The notes under the pieces were generated by a model. The model made no database searches. It had not been told where the DNA came from and saw nothing but the letters and a program-made list of their open reading frames with translations. Source: Phaeosaccion multiseriatum (taxonomy: Eukaryota > Protista > Ochrophyta, other classes). From it: a stretch of DNA of 64,000 bases. The position numbers were made by a program, and so were the translations under genes. The stretch lies in assembly GCA_965112735.1 (NCBI GenBank), contig OZ218962.1:186001-250000 (forward strand). Direction: 5' to 3'. Shown piece by piece: positions 22,373-36,000 of the stretch; position 1 is the first letter of the stretch; the number at the start of each line of letters is the position of its first letter.

Positions 22373-25250
22373 TTATGCAACGCGCGTGTCGATGGATTGG
22401 TATCCGGACTGGGGGGCGGAGGAAGCAGGGCGGGACACGGGCTGAGCGTTGGGGTCTTCGTGGTCGTAGATCTCCTTCGTCACCCTGGGGGAGTTAGAGG
22501 CGTATGGGGAGAAGAGTAGAGAAGGGAAGGGGGAGAGTACAGAGTCAGGCCGGAGGATATAATGGACATCGTAGAGCATGTCTACTCATGTCTACTGTAT
22601 AGAGAGAGCCCATCCATACAGGCCCCGACAACACAGCCAACAACAACAGCCCCTTGGAGGAGGTGAGCAGCGAGGAGGTGAGGTGAGGAGCTAAGAGGGG
22701 AGGGGAGGTGGGCTCTCTCTCTCCAGTTCGTGCCTCCTTGGGCTGTAAGCAGCGCCAAGCAGCGCCTCCCTCCCCCAACTCACGCGCACACCCACGCACG
22801 CGCACACCCACCCACCCACCCACGCTCGCACGCACGCACTCACCTCGGCGCCAGAATGAGGCACCCGATGATGGTGACTGTGCGAAGCGACACAAGTGGC
22901 GTGTAAGGTGAGTGCGATGGGCACAAACGGAAGAGGAGACGGGGGGGAGGGGAGGGGAGGGGAGGGGAGGGGTTGAGAGGAAGGGGGGGGATGCAGGCAT
23001 GGCATGGGCCAAGCCTTGAGCCTTACTGCTACTGAGCAGGAGGGGAGGCTCCAGCGCCTTACGAGCACAGCACTGTCAATGTCAATGTCAATGTCAATGT
23101 CAATGTCAGGCGCTGACAAATCGCACAAATCTCACAGAGAGAAAGAAGCAGCGCTCCTGCTGGCCCGCTCAAAGAGACCGTCTCTCATTTTGCTCTTTCG
23201 GAGAGAGGATACAGCCCACACACACACATACGAACTTACCAACGATGAGGAAGTACCACACGGCGCCCCATCCGTACGCGTCAACAAGGGGCCCCACAAT
23301 CGACATGCCGAGGGCCGCAGTGATGCTCCCCGAGCCGTTGATGATGCCCGTCACAGTGCCCAGGGCCTTGCTGTTTCCGGCGATGGATGGGTGACCGGCA
23401 AGGTCGGCGGACACGGCAGAGGTGATGATGTTGTTGGGACCGCCCACAAGGCAGCCCATGGCCAGCAGCAGGGGCATGAGAACCGTTACGGGCATGACGT
23501 CTGAGTATTCCGCGAAGAACCACAGCAGGGGGCACAGGAACGAGAGGAAAGACACAATGACGCACGCCCTTCGTCCACCGTAGAGGTCAGACACAAACCC
23601 CACGATGATACCACCGGGCATCATGCCCACATCGTAGAGGGTGGAGATGACGTTGGCCTCGCTGGAGGTGAAGAAGCGGTTGAGGAAGAAGGGCAGCCAG
23701 AAGAAGAGCACGTAGTTGACGAGCTTGAAGAAACCGAAGGCAAGCGCGTATCCCGCCACGGAGGGGATCTTGAAGGCCTGTTTGTTTGGTGAGGGGATGA
23801 GGTGGGAGGGGGGCAGGGGTGGGGGAAGAGATGAGTGAATGAAGGGTGTCAGGCCAGACACATAAGACAGCTCATTCACACTTTGGGTTGATTGTAAGGC
23901 ACGGAACTCGGCCCGCGACAGGGGAGAGACAAGAGGGAGGACAGCGAGAGAGAGACAGAAGAGATTGGACAGAAGAAGAAGAAGAAGAAGAAGAAGAAGA
24001 AGAAGAAGAAGAAGAAGAAGAAGAAGAAGAAGAAGAAGAAGAAGAAGAAGAAGAAGAAGAAAACAAAGAGAACACAGGTACCTCAAGGATGGAGATGGGG
24101 GGGGGGTCGTTGGAGCCGGGAGCCTTGATCTTGCGGGGAGCCTTGCCCTCAGGCTCTGGGCAACCCGCCTCCTCAGGAGAGGCAGGCAGCGTCCACAGGC
24201 ACACGAAGCCCCACAACGCGTTGGTGATGGCAGGGACGAGCACGGCCCACTCGTAGCCAATCCCGCTGGACAGGATGTACGAGGCAACGAGGGCGGCCAC
24301 GACGTTACCGGCGTACTGATGGCAAGTCCAGGTGCCGAAGATGAGGCCTCGGTTCTTGGGGCCGAACCAGTTGCCCATCACGGCCGTACCCACGGGGCCG
24401 CCGATCGCCTAGGGTGGGTGTGAGGGGTGGGGAGAAGGGAAAGTGTGAGTCCGGGCATGCTTACGTTTATTGGGCATGACAGTCGGTCGGGCAGGACATG
24501 AGCAGGACATGACTGTAGTGCTGTGCCCGCACGAGCCGAACGCCTTCGATACGATGCACCACACACACACACACGCACACACACACACCCACACACACCC
24601 ACACACAGCGCTTAGAGGCCGACCCTCCCCCCCTTCGCAATGAATCGAGTAAGAGCGAGTGAGTTGTGGGCTCACCTGGAAGACTCCAAAGACAAGCCAA
24701 TTGGCCAGCAGGAAGGCCGTGCCCAGGGGCAGGCTGTAGGCCGTGAGGTTGTTCCATACAGTGGACCAAACCAACGCTACCACGCACACCGCAGAGCCGA
24801 ACAGCCCAATGGCGATGATGGTGGGGGCGTGGTAGCGGTCTCCCAGAGACCCCATGAAGAAGGATCCCACGGCGTAGGCTGCCATAAAGGCTGTGTCCAT
24901 CTGGGACAGCACCACCTTGCTGATGCCGGCGCTCTTCTCCAGGTCCACCTTGACGTTGGTGTAGCACTTGCGGCTGAAGTGGTTCATGGCGTAGGCCATG
25001 AAGGTGCTGAAGTACACGTTCACTTGCTGCTCGCGGAGCTTGGCGCGTCCGTCCTCCTGGGACGACTGGTTGGGGACGGGAGGTAGGTAACGAGCAGCAG
25101 GGAGGCAGAGGAGGGAGGACAGAGTGGTTAGCTGTAAGTAAGTGCTCCTCCTCACGAGACTTCGTCGTGCCCAATAACTGAAGAACCAGAGTCGGCATTA
25201 TAGCTCCTCTGCCTGCCGCCACAGTTTCGAATCTTCTACACTTCGGCCCA
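22373..25250 (-). CDS. MFS organophosphate:Pi antiporter, SLC37A/GlpT-UhpT family (sugar-phosphate exchanger); start codon uncertain (~25198-25251)
   Basis: Spliced exons give HFSRKCY, GSLGDRY, MGNWFGPKNRGLIFGTWTCHQYAGNV, YALAFGFFKLVNYVLFFWLPFFL, GGIIVGFVSD and ALGTVTGIINGSGSI. The last exon ends ...SGYQSIDTRVA* at 22373. Confidence 0.9.
23971..24060. repeat. (GAA)n tract, intronic
   Basis: About 30 perfect GAA units. Confidence 0.95.
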
Positions 25251-25860
25251 TTCTTCGGACGACAGCTACCGAAGAGCTGGGGGTGGCCCCTCGGCTTCCC
25301 GTTCCCTGCTTCTCTACTCGCCCAAGACCTGCTGTCCTGATCCCCATTGCCCAACGCTCCTCTGGTGGGAGCTGCAGATGCCATCGACGCGCCCTACTCA
25401 GTCTTCGGAAAGCCACACACACTTTTCGGGCTGTCCCTGCCTCCCTTTTCTTTCAGCCCTCGGCTCTGCCTGCGAAGCGAATATTCCCGCTGCTCGCCAG
25501 CCCTGGCCACAAGCATGAGCTCTTTGGGGAAGATGTCAACGCCAAATGCTCCCTCCGCTCTCCCTTCTCTCCCTCGGTTCCTTTTCGACTGCTGGTCCCT
25601 CTCTTGCCTCCTCCTCTCCTCTTACCGGCTGTCCCTTCCCGATAAGGGGCCCCGTAAGGGAATCCTGCTCCTGGTAGCTCGCCATGCTGCTTCTGAGTGT
25701 GCTGCAGCGCCTGTCCTGTCCCCCCTTTGCTCCCCTCTCTCTTCCTCGATTGTCTGGCCACCGCTCAAACAAAAAATCAAACCACGCCGTGCCCCGGGGG
25801 GCCCTCCTTGCCCTCAAAGGGGGCTTGTCATCAACTATCAATTTTCCCCTTTTACAAGCG

Positions 25861-26770
25861 ATGGCGTCCTATCTGAGCGGCGGTAGGGCCGGCTACGAGT
25901 CCGTGGATGGCGTGGACACTGCCGACGTCGCAGGTCTGCCGCACAGTGCTGCGAGCAGCGGCAGCAGCGAGGGCAGCGGGTCGCTCTGGAAGAAGCTGGG
26001 TTTGGGGGTGCTCGCTGTGGTGGCCATTGCGGCTACTGTGCGAGCGGCGGGGAGCAGCAACAGCAGCACCAGCGCTCCTCGGGCTGCCGCTCCGGAGTAC
26101 TCTGGTGCGTGGGTGGGGCGGCGGAGAAAAGGAAGAGGGAGGAGGGCGGTAGAAGATTTTGTGAAGGAGGGAAGTGGAAGGCGGGGAAGGGAGGGAACAG
26201 CATTTGAATTTGCATGTCGCCTGCGCTCAGTGCACGCCGCCGCGCTTCACATCTGCCGCGCACTGGGGTCTATCCTCTCGTGTGCGGCTGCTGGGCCAAT
26301 GGTCCAAAGTTTGCAGCCCCATGTATCGTACTCGCTCGCTCTGCCTTTTTGTTGTTTGCCTCGCGAATCTTGGATACTTTCTCCCGAACATGTTCATCTC
26401 GTAGCGACTTGTTGCAATGAGCGGAAGCACTGGACTCTGACTCTCTCCTCCTCTCTTCCGACTTCGATCCCCCTCTTTCCCTCTCCCTTGCTGCCTCCCT
26501 GTGCTCGGCTCCTCTCGCTTCTCCCCTTTCTCTTTTGTGTCTCTCATCCATCAACAGATGCGGCCTCGAAGACCACCTCTCTAAGCCATAAAGTCACCTC
26601 CGTGGAGGACTCCTCCTCCTTGGAGCACTTCGACAAGGTGAGTACACAAACACACACACAGAGAGAGAGAGTGACACTAGCGAGAGAGGGCTGAAAGAAA
26701 AGGGAGAGGGGAGAGGGAACAGGGCAGAGTGGCACACAGGAGATGCGGCCAGCCCAGCCTATCCGCCCAA

Positions 26771-26804
<34 letters not shown>

Positions 26805-27653
26805 CCTTACCCGGCGCTCTCGGTTGCAATGGGCGTGCGTGTACTTCGGTGCCCAAACAGCTGCCCTAACAACCCCCCACCGCTACCCCACCCCACCCCA
26901 CCCCCCTCAGCTTGGCCGCTACGTGATCCCTAACTACGACACGATCAAGCCCTTCGCCTCCTTCCTCCCCGGCCTGGCGGGCAAGTACGGCACCCCCATG
27001 TGGGCCTTCTACGTGAACCGCGGGCAGATCATGGCCGCCTTTGGTATCGAGAACAAGGAGCACCCCCTGCTCGAGTTCGAACCCGCCAACTTGGCCTATC
27101 AGCAGATCCCAAGGACGGGCTTCAGAACCTTCCTGCGCGCACAGAGAAAAGGTGAGAGGGGTGGGAGGCTGAGGGAGTGGGGGGGTGGCAGGAAGGGTCA
27201 GGGTCAAAGAGAGGGTGAGGGGTGAGAGGGTGAGGGGGTTAAGGGGTGAGGGGCGAGAGAGTGAGGGGGCGTGTGAGGGCGACTTCGGCCCCTTGCTTGA
27301 CACTTGCTCGACAAATTGCTTGACACTTGCTTTGACACTTCAGAGGAGGAGACGGAGTTTGTGTTCGAGCCCTTCAAGGTCGGCACGCCCGACGTATCCA
27401 GGTCCATCTTCGTCGGCATGAACGAGGTGGAGATCCAGGAGGAGGACGACAATGTGGGGCTGCAGACCAATGTGCTGTACTACACCGTGCACGAGGAAGA
27501 GTTCCCGGGGCTGGTCAGGCGCACCACCGTCAAGAACACCGGAGACGTACGTGAGGGGGACTGGGTGGGCGTCGGCGTACGGATGAGCGCACGCACACAC
27601 ACACCAGCCTATTGCTCTCGTGTGCCGCTGTATCTCTCACACACTCTCACTCG

Positions 27654-27684
<31 letters not shown>

Positions 27685-27768
27685 TCCCTCCCTGCCTCTC
27701 CCGTCCGACAGACCCCCATCAGCTTCGAGATGCTCGATGGCTTGGCCCGCCTGCAGGTGTGTGTGTGT

Positions 27769-27809
<41 letters not shown>

Positions 27810-30800
27810 GGTGTGTGTTTTGTTTGTTTCGTGTAGAGCAGTGCGCTAGGCCCAGCCCCAAGGAGTAGGGCTCTTGTAACTGCCGTCTACCTGCACACGC
27901 TCTCCTCTCTCTCCTGACCCCTCCGCTTCTGATCCCTCTTCCGAGGCTTCTCCCTTCTCAATATCAATACTCCCTTCCCAACCAACCTCCCTCCCCCCTG
28001 TCATCCCCTCACCGTTCCCCTCCCCGCCCTGTACCACCAACAGCCCTACGGCGTGTTCGACTACTACATTAAGTCAATGGACCGCACCGTGGAGGCCTGG
28101 ATGACGGCGTACAACATGAACGATATGGGGCATGGCACCCTTCCTTACTACAAGCTTTCCGCCTCCATCGTGGACAGCGAGGTGGTGACCATGATCATCC
28201 CTGGCAACTACGCGCTGGGCTACCTGGAGGACGACAAGACTGGCAAGGACAGCAGCCACGGACTGCTGCCTATGATCGTCGACCCCTCCATCGTGTTCGG
28301 ACAGGTGAGGTGGATAGAGGGAGTGAGGTGTGTGGTGGTGAGGTGGATAGGGGGAGTGAGGTGTGTGGTGGTGAGGTGGATAGAGGGAGTGAGGTGTGTG
28401 GTGGTGAGGTGATGAGGTACTTAAGTGGTGAGGGGGGTGTTTGGGGGTGGGGGTGGAAGATTGTATTGTCTTGTCTTGTCTTGCCTCACGTGTTGGTGCT
28501 CTGCTCCGCTCAGCGGCACTCACTCCCTCCTCCATCCACTGCCATCTCCCTTCCCCTCAGGACACCACCTTCACCAACCCCTTGGGCCTGGAGGCCGTGC
28601 CTCTCTCGGAGCTGCTCAAGAGGAAGCACACCACCACAGGTCAGTCCCTCACTCACTCAGTCAGTCAGGCAGGCAGTCAGTTAGTCAGTCCGTCAGTCAG
28701 TGAATCCGTCAGTCAGTCAGTCGGTCAGTCAGGCAGGCAGTCAGGCAGGCAGGCAGGCAGTCAGCAAGGCAGTCAGTCAATAAGGCAGTCAGTCACTCAG
28801 TCAAGGAGTCAGTCACTCAGTCAGTGAGGTCAGTGCAGTCAGTCAGTCTGGCAGGCAGACAGGCAGGCAGTCACTCAGTCAAGGAGTCACTCAGTCAGTC
28901 AGTCGAGCAGTCAGTCAGTCAGTCAGGTAGGCAGGCAGTCACTCAGTCAAGCAGCCAGTCAGGCAGGCAGGCAGGCAGGCAGTCACTCAGTCAAGGAGCC
29001 AGTCAGTCAAGTAGTCACTCACTCACTCAGTCAGTCAGTCAGTCAGTCAGTCAGCAGGTGGGGCACTGGCGTAAGCAGAAGTGGGACCGAGGCGGCGTCG
29101 TGCAGGAGAGGCCTCGGCTCGGGCTTGCTGTTGCTGTTGCTGTTGCTGTTGCCGTTGCTGCTGTGTGTGCCTGTCCACCCCTTTTGTCCCAGAAGCGGAC
29201 ACGTGTGTAGTGTGTATGGATGGGCTGTCAAGCCGCTCTGGGGGGGGGGGAGGGGGGGGTCAGAGAGCTGAGCTCTATTTATCTTTTGTCAGGGAGGGGG
29301 GGGGGGCTGAGGAGGCGTTGAAGTGAAGCAACACGGGGAGGGGCGACACCGATGGCATGACACGTTGCCGTTACGCTTAAGGAACAGAAGCTGTCAAGCA
29401 AGTCACGCACTTACGTAAGTACTGTTTCTCCTCCCCCCGTCCACTGCCATCCCTCCTCCCTCCCCCCTCCCCCAGGCCGCACGCCCTGCGGATTCGCCGC
29501 CACGCCCATGCTGACACTCAAGCCCGGTGAGAGCACGACACTGACCTCCATCTGGGGCAAGGCCAACACCATGGGAGAGCTCAAACACCTCATCGCTCCG
29601 ACAGTCACCTCCATCGGATTCCTCAGGTACAGGGAGGAGGGGCAGGGGGGAGGGGGGAGGGCAGGTGGGAGGGCATGCCCTGCTGGGGGGAGCTTACAGT
29701 TACAGGAAGTACTTCCTAAGCTTTGTGCTGCGCTGAGGCTCAAGGCGCGTTGGTTTGCCCTTAACGGCTCTTAACGGCTCTTAACGGCTCTGCTCTGCTC
29801 CGAAATTTCACTCTACGTACTCCTCTTACTTTGTTCTCTCTCTGTCCCTCTCTGTCTGTCTGTGTCTCCCTCCCTCTCTCTCTCTCTTGTGTGTTCTCTC
29901 TCTGTGCTCTGCTCACAACAGCGCCAAGCGCACGGAGGCCCAGCAGCTCATTGAGGAGCTCACCAGACACGTCAAGACAGACTCAGGTGAACACAGAAGG
30001 CCAGAGTAGGGCAGAGTAGGGCAGAGTAGAGGCATGCGGGCGGGCAGAGTAGAGTAGCGTAGAGGCGTACAGCCAGCCAGCGGGGACGGACTTGCACAAG
30101 AGACACCCGACACCCGACACCAGGCAGTACCCGCGCTCTCCTGCCTGCCCGCCCTCAAACAAGTGTCCGTATACCCATACGCCTGCCGCTCCCTCCCTCC
30201 CTGCCTGTGTGACTGCCTATGAGTGCAGCTTCCCAACTGTTCGACGGTTACGTGCAGTACAACTTCATGGACAACATGCTCCGCGGAGGGTACCCCGTGC
30301 TGCTCGGAGACCCCAAGAGCCCCAAGGTACGTGACAGATGCGGTTACAGGCGTTTCAGGCGTTACAGGGGGCAGGGTAGTATAAGATAAGGGCAGCATAT
30401 TCATTGACAGCGGTAGACAGAGACAGACACATAGGTTGCTCATTCTGTAACGCCATTATGTAACTGCCTTCCTCCCTCCTCAGATCTACCACACCTTCTC
30501 TCGCATCCACGGCGACTTGGAGCGCGACTACAACTACTTCGTCATTGCGCCCACCTACTACTCGCAAGGCCCCGGCAACTACAGAGACGTGAACCAGGTT
30601 GGTACGGGGGTGGGGCATTCACTCCACTCGCGCATTCACACACTCACTCCCTCACCCCCTCCCTTACTTGCTCACTCACTCCCTGACTCAATCTCACCCC
30701 CGCACCCACCCACTCACTCACTACATCCCTCACTCTCTCCCTCACTCACCGACTCTCCCCTCTCCTCCTCCCCTCCCCTCCTCCCCTGCTCTGCTGCTTG

Positions 30801-33003
30801 CCCTCCAACAGAACCGCCGCAGTGACGTGGCGTGGCAGCCCCTGGTGGGCGATTACAACATCCAAACCTTCATGAGTCTGCTGCAGGCCGACGGTTACAA
30901 CCCCATGACTGTGCAGAGTGTCGTGTTCAACATCACCGACCAGGACAGAGGTGAGGGGTGGGGGAGGGAGGGAGGGAGGATGGCAGTGGAAGGAAGGGTA
31001 AAGTAAGTAGGGAAGAAGAAAAGGTAATTGGAACTGAAACTAACCTTTCGTTGTGTGTGCGTGTGTGCGTACTTGTGGCAGTGTACGACATCGCCTCGAA
31101 GGTGGTGCCGGAGGAGAATGTAACCGCCCTCGCTGGCCTCATTCAGGTGAGGCAGTCAAAGGCCGGGATGGATAGATGGAAGGAGAAATGCGAGGGAGGA
31201 AGGGAGAAGGAAGGAAGGGAGGGAGGGAGGGAGGGAGGGAGGGAGGGAGGGAGGGAGGGAGGGAGGGAGGGAGGGAGGCGAGGGGTTGGAGGGGGGATCG
31301 GGGCTCTTGAGCTTAGCAGGGAGGGCTGAGGTCAGCCCTTGCACCGGGGGGGGGGGGGGGCTTCGTTTACCCCCCCCCTTCAATGCAGCTCCTTCTAGGC
31401 TCCTCCATCTGACTTGCTCTGTGCTCTTTCCTCCCCCCCCCCCACCCCTCAGCCCCCCTTCCGCCCCGGCACGCTGTTCATGGAGATGAAGGACGCAGGC
31501 CTGCTGCAGGAGCTCAGCGTGAGCAAGGAGACATTCCTCAACCTCATCACCGAGGCTGCCGTGCAGATCCCGCAGGTAGGGGGGGGGGTGTCAGGACAGG
31601 GACAGATTGGACGAGTATGGAGTGGTTTCCAGGACTGCTTGCGTTCCTTGCATGCGTTTCATCCCCTCCTGTGCCCTCTGTACCCGCACATGCAATCAAT
31701 CGGCCAATCATTCAGAGCCTACTGCAGCTACTAACTCCTCTTCCTCCCCATACACCTCTACTCTTCCTCCCCATACCCCTCTACTCTTCCTCCCCATACC
31801 CCTCTACTCTTCCTCCCATACACCTCTACTCTTCCTCCCACACACCTCTACTCTTCCTCCCCATACGCCTCTACTCTTCCTCCCCATACACCTCTACTCT
31901 TCCTCCCCATACACCTCTACTCTTCCTCCCCATACACCTCTACTCTTCCTCCCCATACACCTCTACTCTTCCTCCCCATACACCTCTACTCTTCCTCCCC
32001 ATACGCCTCTACTCTTCCTCCCCATACGCCTCTACTCTTCCTCCCCATACCCCTCTACTCTTCCTCCCCATACGCCTCTACTCTTCCTCCCCATACGCCT
32101 CTACTCTTCCTCCCCATACACCTCTACTCTTCCTCCCCATACACCTCTACTCTACACCTCTACTCTTTCCTCCCCATACGCCTCTACTCTTCGTCCCCAT
32201 ACGCCTCTATTAGGCGGACTTCTCGCAGGGTTTCTGGTGCGACCACTGGACGTACACGCAGGACTTGTTCGAGTCGTACCTGTCCATCTTCCCCGAGAAG
32301 CTCGAATACCTCCTGTTTGACTCCAGCCCCGTGCCCACTTACCTCAGCCCCAACAAGGTCAGTCAGTACCTGGTGTCAGTCAGTTAGTCAGTCAGTTAGT
32401 CAGTCAGTCAGTCAGTCAGCCAGTCAGTCAGTCAGTCAGTCAGTCAGTCAGCCAGTGAGTCAGTCAGTCAGTCAATCTGTCAATCTGTCAAGTCTGTCAG
32501 TCAGTCAATCTGTCAATCTGTCAAGTCTGTCAGTTTACTCGGGTGGGTCGCTGGGTAATTCAGTGAGGGTATGAAGGAGTGAATATGTGCGACCTCGTAG
32601 ATACCCCCCCCCTTCCCACATGCTTCTTACAAACCACCCCTCCCCATACGCCTCCACCCAACGCCCCACTCCTCCCTCAGGTGGTGCGCCGAAAAGAGAA
32701 ATACGTGTTGGTCGACGCCGGCTCCGGTAAGGTGCGACAGCTCGGTATGAACGTTGCCGACGGCGACAAGACGAGGCAGCTCGCCATGAACGCCAACGAC
32801 CCCAACGGCGTGTGGATGTGCGTGGAGGGCACGCAGGAGGGGGGCACGGACGCGCCTGGCTCGGATCCTTTCAGCAGCCTCGGTGTGCCGACGGGGATGG
32901 GCAAGTGCGACGTGTTCTATCAGGTGAGGGCAGGGGGAGGGGAGGGGGGATTTATTGACTTACCTGAATCAACCTAAGAATTACGTGAATCAATCGAAGA
33001 ACT

Positions 33004-33041
<38 letters not shown>

Positions 33042-36000
33042 TGAGGCGTGAGGGGGTGCTTAGAGCGGTGAGGAAGGAGCGTAGGGGCTCATGTTTGCTT
33101 GCGGGCTTTCCTGCTCCCCTCTCTTGCTACTGCCCCTCCAACCCTCCTCCCTCTTCCGTCTTCGTACCCCCCTCCCATACATATCCCTATACCCTATACC
33201 CCCATATGCCTATGCATACCCTTTGCCCTATACCATCATACCCCATACCCCCATACCCTTTATCCCCATATGCCTATGCATACCCTTTACCCTACACCCT
33301 CATACCCTATACCCCTATATGCCTGTGCATACCCTCATATCCCCATATGCCTATGCATACCCTCATACCCTATACCCCTATATGCCTGTGCATACCCTCA
33401 TACCCTATACCCTCACACCCCGTACCCCATGTCTTCAGTCGGTGGCCTCCAAGTACACGATGCTTGTGGCAGTGAAGTTCGCCCTTCTTGACCCCCTGGG
33501 CATGGCCATCGAGATGGAGGGCGGCAAGCCGGGATGGCTCGACGCCCTCAACGGCCTGCCCGCCCTTTTCGGCAGCTCCATGCCGGAGATGTACGAGCTC
33601 CACCGTTACACCACCTTCATCCGCACCAGCATCGACAAGCTCGGCAGGTGAGGCATGAGGCAGCAAACAGGCAGCGCAGGGAAGCGCAGAGAAGCGGCGT
33701 ATGGGCGTAGAGTGAATTGGTGTAGCCTACCCTTCTCCCCCACCGCCTTGTCTCAACGCTAACTCTGGCGGCCAAGCTGCCCTCAACTCACCCACGTACT
33801 CACCCACCCATTCTCAACCTCTTTTCGTCCCCCTTCCACCCATTCCTTCCTCATCGACTGCCATCCCCTCCCCTTCTCTCCCTTCCCTCCCCATGGACTG
33901 CCATCCCGTTCTGATGCAACAGGGACGTGGATGTGTTCGAGGAGCTTGACGGGCTGCTCACAGGACTCGGGGACTGTCTGGACACCTACTCAGAGGACGC
34001 AGACGACTTCGCCTACTGGAACTGCTCCGCCACCGCCAGGGAGAACTACAGAGATGTGAGTGGTTAGAGGCATACGATGAGACAGGTTGGAGGCATACGA
34101 GGAGACAGATTAGAGGCATACGAGGAGACAGATTAGAGGCATACGAGGAGACAGATTAGAGGCATACGAGGAGACAGATTAGAGGCATACGAGGAGACAG
34201 ATTAGAGGCATACGAGGAGACAGATTAGAGGCATACGATGAGACAGATTAGAAGCATACGAGGAGACAGATTAGAGGCATACGAGGAGACAGATTAGAGG
34301 CATACGAGGAGACAGATTAGAGGCATACGAGGAGACAGATTAGAGGCATACGAGGAGACAGGTTAGAGGCATACGATGAGACGGGGAGGACTGCAGAGAT
34401 GTGAGTGGTGGTTAGAGGCATACGCACTCACCTCTCAGCTGCTTAGAGTGTTTGTTTGTTCGAGGGGGGGCACTGACTTAAGTGACTTGGGGGGCACTGA
34501 CTTAAGTGACTTGGTGGGCACTGACTTAAGTGACTTGGGGGGCACTGACTTAAGTGACTTGGGGGGCACTGACTTAAGTGACTTGGGGGGCACTGACTTA
34601 AGTGACTTGGTGGGCACTGACTTAAGTGACTTGGGGGGCACTGACTTAAGTGACTTGGGGGGCACTGACTTAAGTGACTTGGGGGGCACTGACTTAAGTG
34701 ACTTGGGGGGCACTGACTTAAGTGACTTGGTGGGCACTGACTTAAGTGACTTGGGGGGCACTGACTTAAGTGACTTGGGGGGCACTGACTTAAGTGACTT
34801 GGTGGGCACTGACTTAAGTGACTTGGGGGGCACTGACTTAAGTGACTTGGGGGGCACTGACTTGAGTGACTTGGGGGGCACTGACTTAAGTGACTTGGGG
34901 GGCACTGACTTAAGTGACTTGGGGGGCACTGACTTAAGTGACTTGGGGGGCACTGACTTAAGTGACTTGGGGCACACACACACACACACACACACCGCAG
35001 TCACTGCAGACCACGCGCACACGCTCCCTTTCCCTCTCTCTCTCCCCTGCCCATATGCCTGCCCATATGCCTGCCCATATGCCTGCCTGCCTGCCCGTAC
35101 GCCTCTAACCCTCCCCCCTCCTGCCTCTGCCTCTTCCAGCTGACGAGGCTGACCCTAACGGGCAAGACGGTGTCGTGGAGCGCGAGTGACCTTGTGGACC
35201 TGCTGGACCGTATGCTCGAGAAGATCAATCAGGGCATCAAGAGGGCCTCCGAAGCCAACGATGGGTACCCTCCCTCCTACTTCAGGTACAGAAGTCAATG
35301 AATGGTACATAAGTCAATGGTACACAAGTCAATGGTACACAAGTCAATGCGTGTGTGTGTTTGTTTGTTTTGGGTGTGTGTGTATGTGCGTGCGTGTGTG
35401 TGCGTGCGTGTGTGTTTTCGCGTGGTTGAGTGTGCGGGCACTACAAGTAGACAATGAGAGGCGCAGATCCCCAACCATACCCAATACCTCACACCTGTGA
35501 CGACTAACACCCCTTACTCCTGTGATCGCCATGCTGTATCGAAAACCTCTTACTCCTGTGATCGCCATGCTGTATCGGAAACCTCTTACTCCCGCCAGGT
35601 GGGAGGTGACTGAGTACGAGCTCACAGGCACAGAGGACGCCCAGCTGAGGCCCTACGTCATCGCCAAGGTCAGGCATATGGGCAGAGATGGAGGCACATG
35701 GGCATACACATTGAAAGGCCTTGCTTGTGGTTGGGCCTTGGCTTGCGGTGGGGGGGGGGGGGGCTCCTGTGATGATTATCTTTGTTGGAATTACCGTCTG
35801 ACTTCTCGAGTGAGGAAAATCACAGCTGGCTGCTACTTCTGAGGACCTACCCACCCACCCGTCCAACCACAGCCCAACCACACGCAAGGCACACACTCTC
35901 GCCAGTCTCTCCTCGCACACACGCACACACGCACGCACTCACCCCACTGCCCCCCTTCCCACCTTGGCTCTCCCTCTCTCTGTTGCTGTGCTGTGGTCTG

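Noticed and set aside
34063-34972. 23- and 24-bp arrays as CRISPR or as a GGTDLSDL repeat protein
   Set aside because: The units are contiguous without unique spacers, there are no cas genes, and the arrays lie inside a GH161 intron.
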